From positions 2,368,520-2,432,519 of the forward strand of contig OY764542.1 in assembly GCA_963668465.1 (NCBI GenBank): DNA of 64,000 bases, written 5' to 3'. How positions within the stretch are numbered: the first letter of the stretch is position 1; every line of letters begins with the position of its first letter. A model generated the notes under the pieces. The model was not told where the DNA came from. It made no database searches and worked only from the letters and a program-made list of their open reading frames with translations. This DNA comes from Dehalococcoidia bacterium. GTDB lineage: Bacteria > Chloroflexota > Dehalococcoidia > Lucifugimonadales > Australimonadaceae. The translations under genes and the position numbers were made by a program. This document shows positions 45,746 to 55,680 of this stretch, piece after piece.

Positions 45746-46123
45746 GAGCCGCTAATCTCCGCACGACGCCTGTCAGTCGCTCTGCGACATCTGCCCCTTA
45801 CGCCGAAACCCGCCCGAGAAGTACGCTGGTGGCATGCTGAGGTTAGTGCTGAGAGGCCGCCCTGCCGGATGCAACACAATGCAACAGAATCTCGGCAGAA
45901 CACCCCTCCACCACACTCCTGACGACCTCCTCTTCAGGAGTAACCGGACTGTTACATAGTGTCGGAATCCCGTTGCATTCGTGTTGCAGGGTGTCCGGGT
46001 GCCCGTTGCATGCTGTTCGCATCAGTGTTGCAGCGCGTTGCCCGAACACCTGCCGCGCTTGACGAATCGCGCGCCGCGAGCGAGAGTCCACACAGACAAG
46101 CCTGACAGGCTCGGAGGAGAACC

Positions 46124-47293
46124 ATGGCGCAGCAGACAGACGTAGCAACGATCGGGAAGGTCAGCATAGACACGGACGCTCGGGCGCCACTGCACCCCTA
46201 CGATCAGTGGGTCGAAACGCTCGATCTACCCGTCCACAAGGGCTACTACGTGGAGGACGTCCGCAACCTGGAGGTCGCCCCGTGGCCGGAGATGGGCTGC
46301 AATGCCGCGTTCATCCAGCTCGCCGGCATGGAGGGCGTCGCCGACGCCCGCATCACCGAGATTCCGCCGGGCGGCTCGACCAACCCCACGCGCTTCGCTC
46401 TGGACGAGGTCGTCTATGTTGCGGAAGGGCAGGGGCTCGCCACGGTCTGGGCTGAGGGCGTCGACCGCAGGACGTTCGAGTTCAGCCCGCGCAGCCTGTT
46501 CGTCATCCCCCGCGGCGCGGTCCGCCAGTTCGCGAACGCGCGCGGCGACCGCCCCGCACGGCTCATCACCAACACTTACCTGCCGGTTGGCATGTCGCTC
46601 GTCCCCGACCCCACCTACTTCTTCAACAGCACCTACGAGGACCCCACACTGCTGGAGACCTCCGAGGACGAGCTGTACTCGGTTGCCAAGCGCTCGCCGG
46701 GCGGGCGCGGCGCGAGCTGGTTCGGCAACTTCTTCACCGACCTCGCGGCGTGGAACGGCCTCGTCCCGCACCGCCAGCGAGGGGGCGGCGGACACGTCGT
46801 GGACATCCAGTTCCCGCACTCGGAGATGGGCGGGCACATGTCCGTCTTCCCGCCGGGCACGTACAAGAAGGCGCACCGCCACGGGCCGGGCGTCGTCATC
46901 ATCATCCCCGCGGGCGAGGGCTACTCCATCATGTGGCCGGAGGGCGAGGAGAAGGTCATCGTTCCGTGGCACGAGGCAAGCATGTTCGTGCCGCCGAACC
47001 GCTGGTTCCACCAGCACTTCAACGTCAGTGTGGAGCCTGCGCGCTACCTCGCGCTCTCCCCGATCCGCCAGATGCGCGGCCTCGCCAACCGCATGAACCC
47101 GCTGCTCGACCAGGTGGAGTACCCGAGCGAGGAGTCCTGGGTCCGTGAGATGTTCGAGGAAGAGCTCGGGAAGCGCGGTCTGGAGAGCCTGATGCCGGAA
47201 GAGGTCTACACGGACCCCCACTACAAGTGGGAGTACGACGCCTCCGAGGAACAGGGCGCAGTCCTCGACGCCTCCGCAGGCCGGGGTCTGTAA
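46124..47293 (+). CDS. Bicupin protein (gentisate-dioxygenase-like fold)
   Basis: Two cupin barrels: ...TEIPPGGSTNPTRFALDEVVYVAEGQG... and ...MSVFPPGTYKKAHRHGPGVVIIIPAGEGYS... RBS GGAGGAG. Confidence 0.55.
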   Translation: MAQQTDVATIGKVSIDTDARAPLHPYDQWVETLDLPVHKGYYVEDVRNLEVAPWPEMGCNAAFIQLAGMEGVADARITEIPPGGSTNPTRFALDEVVYVAEGQGLATVWAEGVDRRTFEFSPRSLFVIPRGAVRQFANARGDRPARLITNTYLPVGMSLVPDPTYFFNSTYEDPTLLETSEDELYSVAKRSPGGRGASWFGNFFTDLAAWNGLVPHRQRGGGGHVVDIQFPHSEMGGHMSVFPPGTYKKAHRHGPGVVIIIPAGEGYSIMWPEGEEKVIVPWHEASMFVPPNRWFHQHFNVSVEPARYLALSPIRQMRGLANRMNPLLDQVEYPSEESWVREMFEEELGKRGLESLMPEEVYTDPHYKWEYDASEEQGAVLDASAGRGL

Positions 47294-47334
47294 GGAGATA
47301 CACGTTCGGGAGGAGGGTGCTTTGCGCCCTCCTC

Positions 47335-48585
47335 CTAGGTCCGCGCAGGCTCGGCCTGCGGCAGCGCTACGTTGCGCAGCGCCGCCCCGAGCAGGGCGAT
47401 AGCCAGGGCGACAGCGACCAGGGCCACACCTGCTCCGGCTACGGCGCTCGGCGCCCCGGTGCGCTCGGCGATGCTGTTCATCATCGCGCCGCCCACCGGC
47501 AGCAGCGCCCAGTGGACGCCGTACAGCGCCATCACGCGCCCGCGCAGGCTGTCCTCCACCAGCGTCTGCAGGATCACCTGCCCCGTCGTGATCTGCATCA
47601 CGCCAACGGCACCTGCGAGGAACAACAGGACGAGCGCCGCCTCGAACCACGGCGTAAGCGCGAACGCGACCAGCGTGGCTCCGAACGATCCTGCCGAGGC
47701 CAGCAGCACGCGCCCCGCGCCCCGCTGCCTGAGATAGCGCGAGTACACGAACAGCCCCACCATAGCTCCCACACCTGCCGACGAGTACATGAATCCCAAC
47801 TCGCGCGGGCTGACGTCATACACCTCGACCTGGAACACCGGGAAGGTGAGCATGTATCCCTGCCCGAACGCCGAGCAGGCCAGCGCCAGCAGCAACAGCG
47901 GGCGGAAGACCGGGTGGCTCCATACGTAGGAGGCCCCCGCCTTCAGGTCGCCCAGCATCGTTCCGTGCCGTCCGACGGCTGCCTGCTGAGGATGGACCAT
48001 CCGCATCACCGCGGCCATCGCGGCTGCCCCGGCGGCTGCAACGAAGAGGCTCGGCCCCGCTCCCGCTGCCGCGATGACGAACCCGGCGATGGACGGCGCC
48101 ACGATGCGTGTGGACGACCACGCCACCGACGTGAGCGGCACCGCTATCGGTATGAGCGACCGGTTCGGCAACAGGCGTGGGAAGAACGACGCCCGGGCCG
48201 GTTCGTCGAACGACTGCACCAGCCCGATCATCACCGCCGCTGCTGCCAGGTGCCACACCACCGCCTGGTCGGTGATCGCGAGCACGGCGAGGGCCATCAG
48301 CACGGCGACGGCGGTCGTCTGTGCCGCAACGACGAGTGTCCGCGGGTCGAAGCGGTCGGCGAGCACGCCGCCCGCAAGGTTCACGACGAGGCGAGGGGCG
48401 GCGCTCACGAGGTTGATGAGCCCAAGAGCCAGCGCCGACTGCGTCAGGTCATAGGCCAGCCACCCGAGGGTGACGATGGTCATCTGCTGGCCGGTGACCT
48501 GCGCGACCAGCCCGAACCAGAAGAGCCGGAAGTCCCGGTAGCGCAGCGCAGTGAAGAACTCGGCGAAGCCGCCGAACAGCCTCAC
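47335..48585 (-). CDS. MFS transporter
   Basis: 12-TM protein; FRLFWFGLVAQVTGQQM..., GGVLADRFDPR. The GTG start overlaps the upstream gene's stop (GTGA). Confidence 0.8.
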   Translation of the reverse strand: MRLFGGFAEFFTALRYRDFRLFWFGLVAQVTGQQMTIVTLGWLAYDLTQSALALGLINLVSAAPRLVVNLAGGVLADRFDPRTLVVAAQTTAVAVLMALAVLAITDQAVVWHLAAAAVMIGLVQSFDEPARASFFPRLLPNRSLIPIAVPLTSVAWSSTRIVAPSIAGFVIAAAGAGPSLFVAAAGAAAMAAVMRMVHPQQAAVGRHGTMLGDLKAGASYVWSHPVFRPLLLLALACSAFGQGYMLTFPVFQVEVYDVSPRELGFMYSSAGVGAMVGLFVYSRYLRQRGAGRVLLASAGSFGATLVAFALTPWFEAALVLLFLAGAVGVMQITTGQVILQTLVEDSLRGRVMALYGVHWALLPVGGAMMNSIAERTGAPSAVAGAGVALVAVALAIALLGAALRNVALPQAEPART

Positions 48586-49340
48586 GGCGTCTCCGGAGTC
48601 TCGTCGTCTTCGGCCGCTGCTGCTGTCTCCGGCGGTGCAACACCCAGGTGGTTCCTGAAGAACGCGAACGTCCGCTCCAGCGACTCCGCCGCTCCCGCCT
48701 CCCGCCGCGCCGAGGAGTCCTGGTTCGGGTTCAGGAACGAGTGCCCCAAACCCTCGTACATGAACAGCTCGTACTGCTTCTCGTAGTAGTCGAGGGCGGC
48801 GCGGAAGGCCTCGATCTCCGCGATGGGCGTCGTGTGATCGTTCGTGCCGTAGTGGCACATCATCGGCACGCGGATGTTCTCCAGTTCCGCCGAGTCGGGG
48901 AAGAGGCTGTGGTAGTAGACCACGCCCGCCCCGAATGTGTTCGTGCGCGCCAGCGCCAGCAGAACGAGCCCACCGCCGAGGCAGAAACCCACGACGCCCA
49001 CCGGCGCGTCGTCCGGTGTCCACGGCAGCGAGCGCAGGAAGTCGGCCCCGGCGCTCAGGTTCTCAACCGTCCGTTCCACGTCCAGCGAGTTCTTGTAGTG
49101 CAACTGCGTGGCGCGACCCTCGGGCAGCGCGCCATCGAACAGGTCAGGGGAGAGCGCGACGAATCCGGCGCGGGCGAATGTTCGCGTGATCTCGCGCTGG
49201 AACCAGTTGAGCCCGCCCATGCCGGAAATGACGACAAGCCCCGGATGCGGACCCCTGTCCGCCGGTCTGCCAACGTAGCCGTCCACGAACCCGTTGGGGC
49301 CGTCGTATCCCGCGTGGATCGAGAGGATGCGATGCGCCAT
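48582..49340 (-). CDS. Dienelactone hydrolase family protein
   Basis: GLVVISGMGGLN, nucleophile elbow GFCLGG, C-terminal GLGHSF; RBS GGAGG. Confidence 0.8.
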   Translation of the reverse strand: MAHRILSIHAGYDGPNGFVDGYVGRPADRGPHPGLVVISGMGGLNWFQREITRTFARAGFVALSPDLFDGALPEGRATQLHYKNSLDVERTVENLSAGADFLRSLPWTPDDAPVGVVGFCLGGGLVLLALARTNTFGAGVVYYHSLFPDSAELENIRVPMMCHYGTNDHTTPIAEIEAFRAALDYYEKQYELFMYEGLGHSFLNPNQDSSARREAGAAESLERTFAFFRNHLGVAPPETAAAAEDDETPETP

Positions 49341-49456
49341 GCCACACCTCCTGCGGCCTGCATCATAGGGCGGGTCACCTGTGGCGACAACCGCTCCGAC
49401 CTGGAGCGGGTCTCCCTAGTCCCCACTGAGCGCGCCGTTGTAGAGGCGATGCTCGC

Positions 49457-51496
49457 TCAGCGGACGCTTGCCGACGGCGATGGCATCGCCTTGCTGAGCG
49501 ACAGCGGAGCGAGCGGGACCGCATCGTTCAACGGGTCACGGCTCTTCGCCGCTTCTACGTAGCGATCCGCGTCCTCTTCCAGCAGGAGCCCCGCAGCCTG
49601 CAACTGCCGGGCAGCCTCGGCCACCTGGCGTACGTAGTTCTCGTGGGACGCGTACCGCTCTTCGATGGAGCGGCGGGGATCGCCGCTCGCCTCCCGTTCA
49701 GCGCGCGTTCGGGCGAAGGGCACGAAGCTGCCCGCCAGCGACGCGAGGTCGCCCTCGGCGAAGCCCGCCCTGCGCAGGTTCCATCCCGTGTGCGTGCCGA
49801 CGGGGACCATGACCTCCGGCGAGCGCAGCCCGCCGAGGTCGTTCCCGTCCTCGTCCACCAGCGGCATCTGCACCGTGTACTCCTTGCCCGGCATGGGCTG
49901 CGGCGGATGCTCGGTGACCAACCCCCGGTCGAAGTCGGGCCCGTAGTCGTACAGCGGCAGGCGGCTGGGGCTCGCTGGCGTGGGGAAGCCGGGCACCCTG
50001 GGGAACGCTGCAAAGGCTTCTTCAGGCGTCACCAGTGTGCCATTGGCCCGGCGGGGCACGATGCTCGGCGGCGGAGGGGCGCCATCGGTCACCCAGCGGT
50101 GCATCATCGTAAGGACGGCCCGCATCAACGGCCCGTTGTTCATCACGTTGGAGCGCTGCTGGCAGATGTCGTCAGGGGATGGCATCACGCTCGTGTGCTG
50201 CGCGCTTGCGAGGAAGTAGACCCGCACCGCGTCCGGGAACTCGATGTCCTCGCCTGTGCGCGGGCTCGTGTGTCCGAGCGATGCGTGACGGTTCCAGTAC
50301 TCGGTATTCGTGTGCGTGTGCACGACAAGCGGGTCCGCCTCGGGTCGCTTCGTGACGCAGTCCAGCGAGTCCGAGAAGGCGTCTGGGGTGACGGAGTAGG
50401 CGAACGGGTAGCGCTCCGATGGCCACTGATGCTCCTCGTGCTGGCGTGGGTAGCGCCCCACCTGGGCGAACCGGGCGTTCGTGAACAGGCGCCCCGCGCC
50501 GGAGACGTGCGGGTAGGCAGCGGCGAAGACCTTCCGGCCCTCAGGGTCCGTGTTGTACCCGTCATAGATGAACTGGCGGATGACGCGCGCGCTCAGCGAC
50601 GCTCCATAGATGTACGCCCGTTCGTGTCCAGCGAGCGGGTTCGGCGCGCCATCTGCGTCGACGGTGTCATGGAGCAGCATCGACACGAGGTCGCGGATGC
50701 TCACGATGCCGAGCCCCATGACGCGGGAGCCCTCCGTTTCGTAGACCAGCTCGTAGATCCAGCCGGGTTTGAAACCATCCTTTATGTAGCAGGCCGTCGA
50801 CGACGGGCGCACCTGCAATGCGCCGTCGACCATCTCCGCCTCAGCGAAGGCCCAGGCGTCCGGCGGGAGAGGAACACGCGGGTCGCGCTCGTGTTCGCGC
50901 AGCGTCATCGTTGCGTGGGACGTATCGAGGTCGAGCGCGGGGTAGGAGCGGATGGTTGGCGCGCCACTCAGCGGCATCCAGAGCACGCCTTCCTGTTCGG
51001 CGATGAACTCCTGCCGCACCTTCCCCCGTACCGGCTCGCCGTTCTCCAGGGCCTCCGGCAGATCGATGGTGAGGAGGCCGTCGCCCGCCAGAAGGTCGCC
51101 CTGCCAGCCGGACCAAACGACGGTGTAGCCCTGCCGCATCAGAAAGCCGTTACCGGCAGCAGCGAGCGTGAGGGGGTCGTTGTCCGGCGGGGCGTCGTTG
51201 AATACCCGCACGACCGTCTTGTTCCCCCGGTTATTGACGCCGTACAGCAGGCATCCGTTTCCCCGCGCAGGGTCGACGGGCTTCAGGATGTCGAGGTCGG
51301 CTCTGAACTCGACGGCGCCGTTCGCGTTGCGGGGCGCCAGCGCCAGGTCGACGACGTTCGCGTTGGCAGGGTCGTCGGGGTCCAGTTCGAAGAACGCCGA
51401 TCCGGTCAGTCGCTCGTAGGGTCCCGTATCTCCGAAGGGAAATCCCTCAGCGAAACTCACCTGTCGCTCGATGCTCAGCCGCACCTTGGTGTTCAT
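49457..51496 (-). CDS. Large alpha/beta-hydrolase-like protein, unknown substrate
   Basis: 679 aa from MNTKVRLS (RBS GGAGGA). GPYERLTGSAFFELDP..., GVNNRGNK and GWQGDL blocks resemble an uncharacterised alpha/beta hydrolase family. Confidence 0.5.
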   Translation of the reverse strand: MNTKVRLSIERQVSFAEGFPFGDTGPYERLTGSAFFELDPDDPANANVVDLALAPRNANGAVEFRADLDILKPVDPARGNGCLLYGVNNRGNKTVVRVFNDAPPDNDPLTLAAAGNGFLMRQGYTVVWSGWQGDLLAGDGLLTIDLPEALENGEPVRGKVRQEFIAEQEGVLWMPLSGAPTIRSYPALDLDTSHATMTLREHERDPRVPLPPDAWAFAEAEMVDGALQVRPSSTACYIKDGFKPGWIYELVYETEGSRVMGLGIVSIRDLVSMLLHDTVDADGAPNPLAGHERAYIYGASLSARVIRQFIYDGYNTDPEGRKVFAAAYPHVSGAGRLFTNARFAQVGRYPRQHEEHQWPSERYPFAYSVTPDAFSDSLDCVTKRPEADPLVVHTHTNTEYWNRHASLGHTSPRTGEDIEFPDAVRVYFLASAQHTSVMPSPDDICQQRSNVMNNGPLMRAVLTMMHRWVTDGAPPPPSIVPRRANGTLVTPEEAFAAFPRVPGFPTPASPSRLPLYDYGPDFDRGLVTEHPPQPMPGKEYTVQMPLVDEDGNDLGGLRSPEVMVPVGTHTGWNLRRAGFAEGDLASLAGSFVPFARTRAEREASGDPRRSIEERYASHENYVRQVAEAARQLQAAGLLLEEDADRYVEAAKSRDPLNDAVPLAPLSLSKAMPSPSASVR

Positions 51497-51600
51497 GCTC
51501 TTCCTCCGCTGGGATAGCGCCAGACAGAGATTAGACGAGTCACAGGCGTTCGTCGACGGCGACCGCCAGAACGGCTGGCTGCGAGCGTACAATCCCCACC

Positions 51601-52872
51601 ATGCGGCAGAACGGTGAGGGGAACCAGAGCGAGACGCCGGCCCGCAGGGGGCTCCATCCGCAACTCCGCTTGATCCTGGGACTCCACGTTCCGGCGATCG
51701 CGCTGGGACTCGGGAACGGCATCGGACTGCCCGTGCTGCCGGAGCTGACCAAGCTCTATGGGGTCAGCATCGTCGAGGCCTCGTGGGTATTCGTCTCGTA
51801 TCTCCTCGGCACGCTGGTTGCCTCGCTCCCCACGGGTATGCTCATCGACCGTATCGGCCGCCGCTGGATCCTGCTCGCGGGGCCGCTGATCGTTGCGGTG
51901 TCTTCCCTCCTCATCGCCAAGGCCGCGTACTCAGGCTCGTTCAACGAATTGCTCGTATACCGCTTCATCGCCGGGGTCGGCACGCAGATGTGGATGCAGA
52001 GCCGCATCACGGTCATCGCAGACACCGGGACCGTACAGCAGCGCGGCAAGCAGGTCACGCAGATGTTCGGCGTGCAGCAGGTCGGCGCGCTTGCCGGTCC
52101 GCTCGTCGGCGGGTTCGCAGCGGTTACCTGGGGACTGTGGTCGCCCTTCCTCATCCACGCCGTGCTCACGCTCCTCTCCATCATCCCGACCTACTTCGTT
52201 ATCAAGGAGACGGCTACGGCGGCGAAGCGTGCGGCCGACGCGGCCATGAAAGGACCACGTTGGGCGCTGCTGCTCAAGAACCCCATTCCCACCGTCTTCT
52301 CGATCCAGTTCCTGACGAACGTCACCCGTGGGGCAGTGTTCGAGGGTGGCGTGATCCTACTGTACCCGTCCTACGCCTACGGCCTCGACCCCGCCGAGCT
52401 GGGCGTGCTGCGCAGCGCGATGGCGGTGGGGACCGTCCCCATCCTGTTCTCGACCGGATTCGTGATGGACCGGTTCGGAAGGAAGTACACCATCGTGCCG
52501 GGGCTGATACTGACGAGCCTTTCGATGGCTTCTGTGTCGGTCACTGCGTTCGCGGGGTTGTCGCTGGCCTGGTTCATCGCGAGCTTCGTGTTCGTGCACC
52601 TTGCCATCAGCATCATCTCTGGCAACATGCAGACGCTCGGCACGGACGTTGCCCCGCCGCAGGCGCGCGGACTCTTCTTCGGGATGTCGCGGCTGGTTGC
52701 ACAGGGAGGCTCGACGGCCAGCCCGACGAGCTTCGGCCTGCTATCAGGCGCATTCGGGTTCGGCGCGGCGTTCGTGCTGCTCGCGTCGACGGCGTTCGCT
52801 GCCGCCATCGTCGTGGTGTTCTTCCTGGAGGAGACCCTCAGGAAGCCGGACAAGACGGCACCCGGCGGCTGA
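51601..52872 (+). CDS. MFS transporter
   Basis: 12-TM protein; GMLIDRIGRR motif between TM2 and TM3. Confidence 0.8.
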   Translation: MRQNGEGNQSETPARRGLHPQLRLILGLHVPAIALGLGNGIGLPVLPELTKLYGVSIVEASWVFVSYLLGTLVASLPTGMLIDRIGRRWILLAGPLIVAVSSLLIAKAAYSGSFNELLVYRFIAGVGTQMWMQSRITVIADTGTVQQRGKQVTQMFGVQQVGALAGPLVGGFAAVTWGLWSPFLIHAVLTLLSIIPTYFVIKETATAAKRAADAAMKGPRWALLLKNPIPTVFSIQFLTNVTRGAVFEGGVILLYPSYAYGLDPAELGVLRSAMAVGTVPILFSTGFVMDRFGRKYTIVPGLILTSLSMASVSVTAFAGLSLAWFIASFVFVHLAISIISGNMQTLGTDVAPPQARGLFFGMSRLVAQGGSTASPTSFGLLSGAFGFGAAFVLLASTAFAAAIVVVFFLEETLRKPDKTAPGG

Positions 52873-52877
52873 TTCGC

Positions 52878-54524
52878 CTAGCGACCGTAGGCGCTGCTGC
52901 GCAGGAGCCGTCCGGGGAGGGCCCCGGTGTGCTCGCCAGCCTCTATCAGCACCTCGCCGTTGACGATGGTGCAGGCGACGCCTTCGCTCGGTCGGCGCAT
53001 CCGCACCGCGTCTCCGGGGTAGTCCGCGACCTCTTCCAGCTCGCCTGCGCCGATGGTGTCCGGGTCGAACACCGTCAGGTCTCCGGCCAACCCCGGCCTG
53101 ATGAGGCCACGGTCGTGCAGCCCGAATGCGCTCGCGCCCATGAACGTCAGCTTCCGCACGGCCTCCTCCAGGGAGAGGGCCTGCTGTCCCCGCACCCAGA
53201 ACGACAGCAGGAATGTAGAGAAATGGCTGTCGCAGCGGCGGGTGACGTGCGCCCCGCCGTCGGAGAGTCCGGGCAGCACGAATGGGTCGGCGAGCACCTC
53301 CGCCATCGCCGACGTGCTCACGTCGGAGCGGAAGTAGAAGAGCGTCTTGAGGTCCTCCTCGAGTGCGAGGTCGAGGAATGTGTCGAGTGGGTCCTTTTCG
53401 AGCTCTTGCGCGATGTCGCTCACGCTCCGCTCCACATAGGGACGGTGCTCGTCCAGGGCAACCCTGGCCACGTGCAGCAGGTCCCAGCGCACCTGGGGCG
53501 AGCCGGGGTTCCGCTTGTCCGGCGCATCGGCGTCCGCCCTGAGTCCGGCGCGCACCGCGGGGTCCTGGAAGGCCAGGCGCTTCTCCTCTGGTGAGCTGCT
53601 CATCACGGGCAGCCAGTGCGCGAAACCGTCGAAACTGCCCACGGTGAGCAGCGTCCAGCGCGCGGTGTTCTCCATGAAGGGCGACACCATCGCGTACATC
53701 CGGGCGTCGTTCCGGGTGGTGCCTGCGCGTCCCGCAAGGCTGGAGATCACGGGGCGTCCCGTTGCACGCGCCGTTCGCGAGAGCAGGCCTTCTGACATCT
53801 CGATGCGCTCCGAGTCGCCGAACTGGATGGAACCGGCTCCGACCTCTGCGAGCGCTTCTGCCACGGCGAGGAACTCGTCGGGCGGCGCGGCGTTCGCAGG
53901 CAGCAGGCGATTCTCGAGGTCCATGTGGCGCAGGTTGCGCTCCGAGGACAGGCCGAGCGCTCCCGCGCGGATGCCCTCGCGGACGATCTCCTTCATCTGT
54001 TCGATCTGCTCGGGAGTCGCGACCGCGGAGTAGGCCGCCTCGCCCATCACGTGTCGCCGCACCGCCGAGAATCCGATGAGCGAACCGACGTTCACGCCGA
54101 GCTCGCGGTCGATGGTCTCCAGGTATTGCGGCACCGACTCCCACGACCACTCGACCCCGGCCTGCAGCGACTCGACGGGGATGGCCTCGACCCGCGACAG
54201 CATAGAGATGAGGTCGGCGCGCTCCTCGGGCCGGGCCGGGGCGAGGCCCAGCGAGCAGTTGCCGTTGATGACTGTCGTGGCGCCGTGGTAGCACGCGAAC
54301 GTGCACAGCGGGTCCCAGAGCACCTGCGCGTCGTAGTGGCAGTGGTTGTCGATGAAGCCGGGAGCGATGACCTGCCCTTGGACGTCGATAACCCGCTTCG
54401 CGGATGAACCGAGCCTGCCGGTCTCCACGATGCGTCCGTCCACGACTGCCACGTCTCCCTCGTAGGAAGGCCCGCCGGAGCCGTCCACCACTCGCCCGTT
54501 CTTGAGCAACAGGTCGTAAGTCAT
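52878..54524 (-). CDS. N-acyl-D-amino-acid deacylase (D-aminoacylase) family amidohydrolase
   Basis: YDLLLKNGRVVDGSG...DVAVVDGRIVETG, VIAPGFIDNHCHYD, LSDGGAHV. Confidence 0.8.
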   Translation of the reverse strand: MTYDLLLKNGRVVDGSGGPSYEGDVAVVDGRIVETGRLGSSAKRVIDVQGQVIAPGFIDNHCHYDAQVLWDPLCTFACYHGATTVINGNCSLGLAPARPEERADLISMLSRVEAIPVESLQAGVEWSWESVPQYLETIDRELGVNVGSLIGFSAVRRHVMGEAAYSAVATPEQIEQMKEIVREGIRAGALGLSSERNLRHMDLENRLLPANAAPPDEFLAVAEALAEVGAGSIQFGDSERIEMSEGLLSRTARATGRPVISSLAGRAGTTRNDARMYAMVSPFMENTARWTLLTVGSFDGFAHWLPVMSSSPEEKRLAFQDPAVRAGLRADADAPDKRNPGSPQVRWDLLHVARVALDEHRPYVERSVSDIAQELEKDPLDTFLDLALEEDLKTLFYFRSDVSTSAMAEVLADPFVLPGLSDGGAHVTRRCDSHFSTFLLSFWVRGQQALSLEEAVRKLTFMGASAFGLHDRGLIRPGLAGDLTVFDPDTIGAGELEEVADYPGDAVRMRRPSEGVACTIVNGEVLIEAGEHTGALPGRLLRSSAYGR

Positions 54525-54536
54525 CGTCGTCCTCCC

Positions 54537-55595
54537 CTAGAGAGCTTCCGGTATCGCTATGTCGTACAGACGGCAGACGTTCGTGCTGAGGACCTTCGTG
54601 CGCGTCTCAGCGTCCAGGTGTCCGAGGTGCTCCGCGATCACTTTTCGCGAGTTCGGCCAGGTGGAGTTCGCGTGGGGGTAGTCGTTGGACCACATGCAGG
54701 CGTCCGCGCCCCAGCTGGAGAGGTATCGCGTGCCGATGGCGTCGTTGAAGAACGTCGCGTATATCTGGTCCGCGAGGTAGTCGCTGGGCATCTTGTCCGG
54801 TGCAGGGCCCGGCTCCCGGTCCCGGTGCCGGCCCAGGTAGTAGCCCCACTGCTGCAGCGCGAACGGTATCCAGCCGATCTCGTTCTCCACGATCACGATC
54901 TTGAGGTTGGGGAACCGGTCCAGCGCCTTGTAGAAGATCAGGTCGAAGAGGCTGTCCATCACTTCCGCGATCTTCAGGTTCACGCTGGAGCGGTAATGTT
55001 CCGTGCCGTGGCGGAGGTGGGCCTTCTTCATGTAGCCGTGCCCGGTGAGGATGTGGAGGCTCACCGGCATCCCGAGGTCCTGTGCCGCAGCCCAGAAGCG
55101 GTCGTAGCGGTCCGACGAGAACGGCATGTCCTCAGGCGGGTTCTGCCAGACCATGGCCCCGCGCAACCCTGCGTTGCGACAGCGCTCCAGTTCGGCCACT
55201 GCGTTGTCGATGTCGTACAGCGAGATGAGGCCGACGCCGAACAGGCGCTCAGGGCTCACTGCGCAGTACTCGATGAGCCAGTCGTTGAAGGCGCGGACGC
55301 ATGCCTCCTGCAGCGGAACATCCTCCAGGCGGAAGAGGGTCATGCCGCGCGTGGCGTAGAGCACCTCGAGGCTGACGCCGTCGACGGCCATCTCCTTCAG
55401 CCGTTCGGTCGGGTCCCAGCCGCCGGGTTTGGACTGGTCGGAAACCGCGTCTGGGAAGGTAGGCGCCTGGTCGCGCATGGCTTTGGGCACGCGCGTCGTC
55501 CAGAGGTCGCCGGGCTCCATCACGTGGGAGTCGGCGGAGATCAGCAGTTCGTCGACGGCCCCTTCTGTACATGCACTCGCGATCGTGGTGGTCAT
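54537..55595 (-). CDS. Amidohydrolase 2 family protein (paralog class of 5071-6183)
   Basis: ISADSHVMEPGDLW, MWSNDYPH. Start at MTTTIAS with GGAGG RBS. Confidence 0.75.
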   Translation of the reverse strand: MTTTIASACTEGAVDELLISADSHVMEPGDLWTTRVPKAMRDQAPTFPDAVSDQSKPGGWDPTERLKEMAVDGVSLEVLYATRGMTLFRLEDVPLQEACVRAFNDWLIEYCAVSPERLFGVGLISLYDIDNAVAELERCRNAGLRGAMVWQNPPEDMPFSSDRYDRFWAAAQDLGMPVSLHILTGHGYMKKAHLRHGTEHYRSSVNLKIAEVMDSLFDLIFYKALDRFPNLKIVIVENEIGWIPFALQQWGYYLGRHRDREPGPAPDKMPSDYLADQIYATFFNDAIGTRYLSSWGADACMWSNDYPHANSTWPNSRKVIAEHLGHLDAETRTKVLSTNVCRLYDIAIPEAL

Positions 55596-55680
55596 AGCGT
55601 CCTCCCCTCGCGCTCTACGCCCTGCAGCACTGTAACGGCACTTAACCACCGCACCAACCGCCTGTCAACGAACGGCAGGC

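Noticed and set aside
45820-45840. Sigma-54 promoter (TGGCA...); also 62741-62757 and 4663-4680
   Set aside because: TGGCAC/TGGCAT occurs, but the required TTGC element 5 nt downstream is missing in every case.
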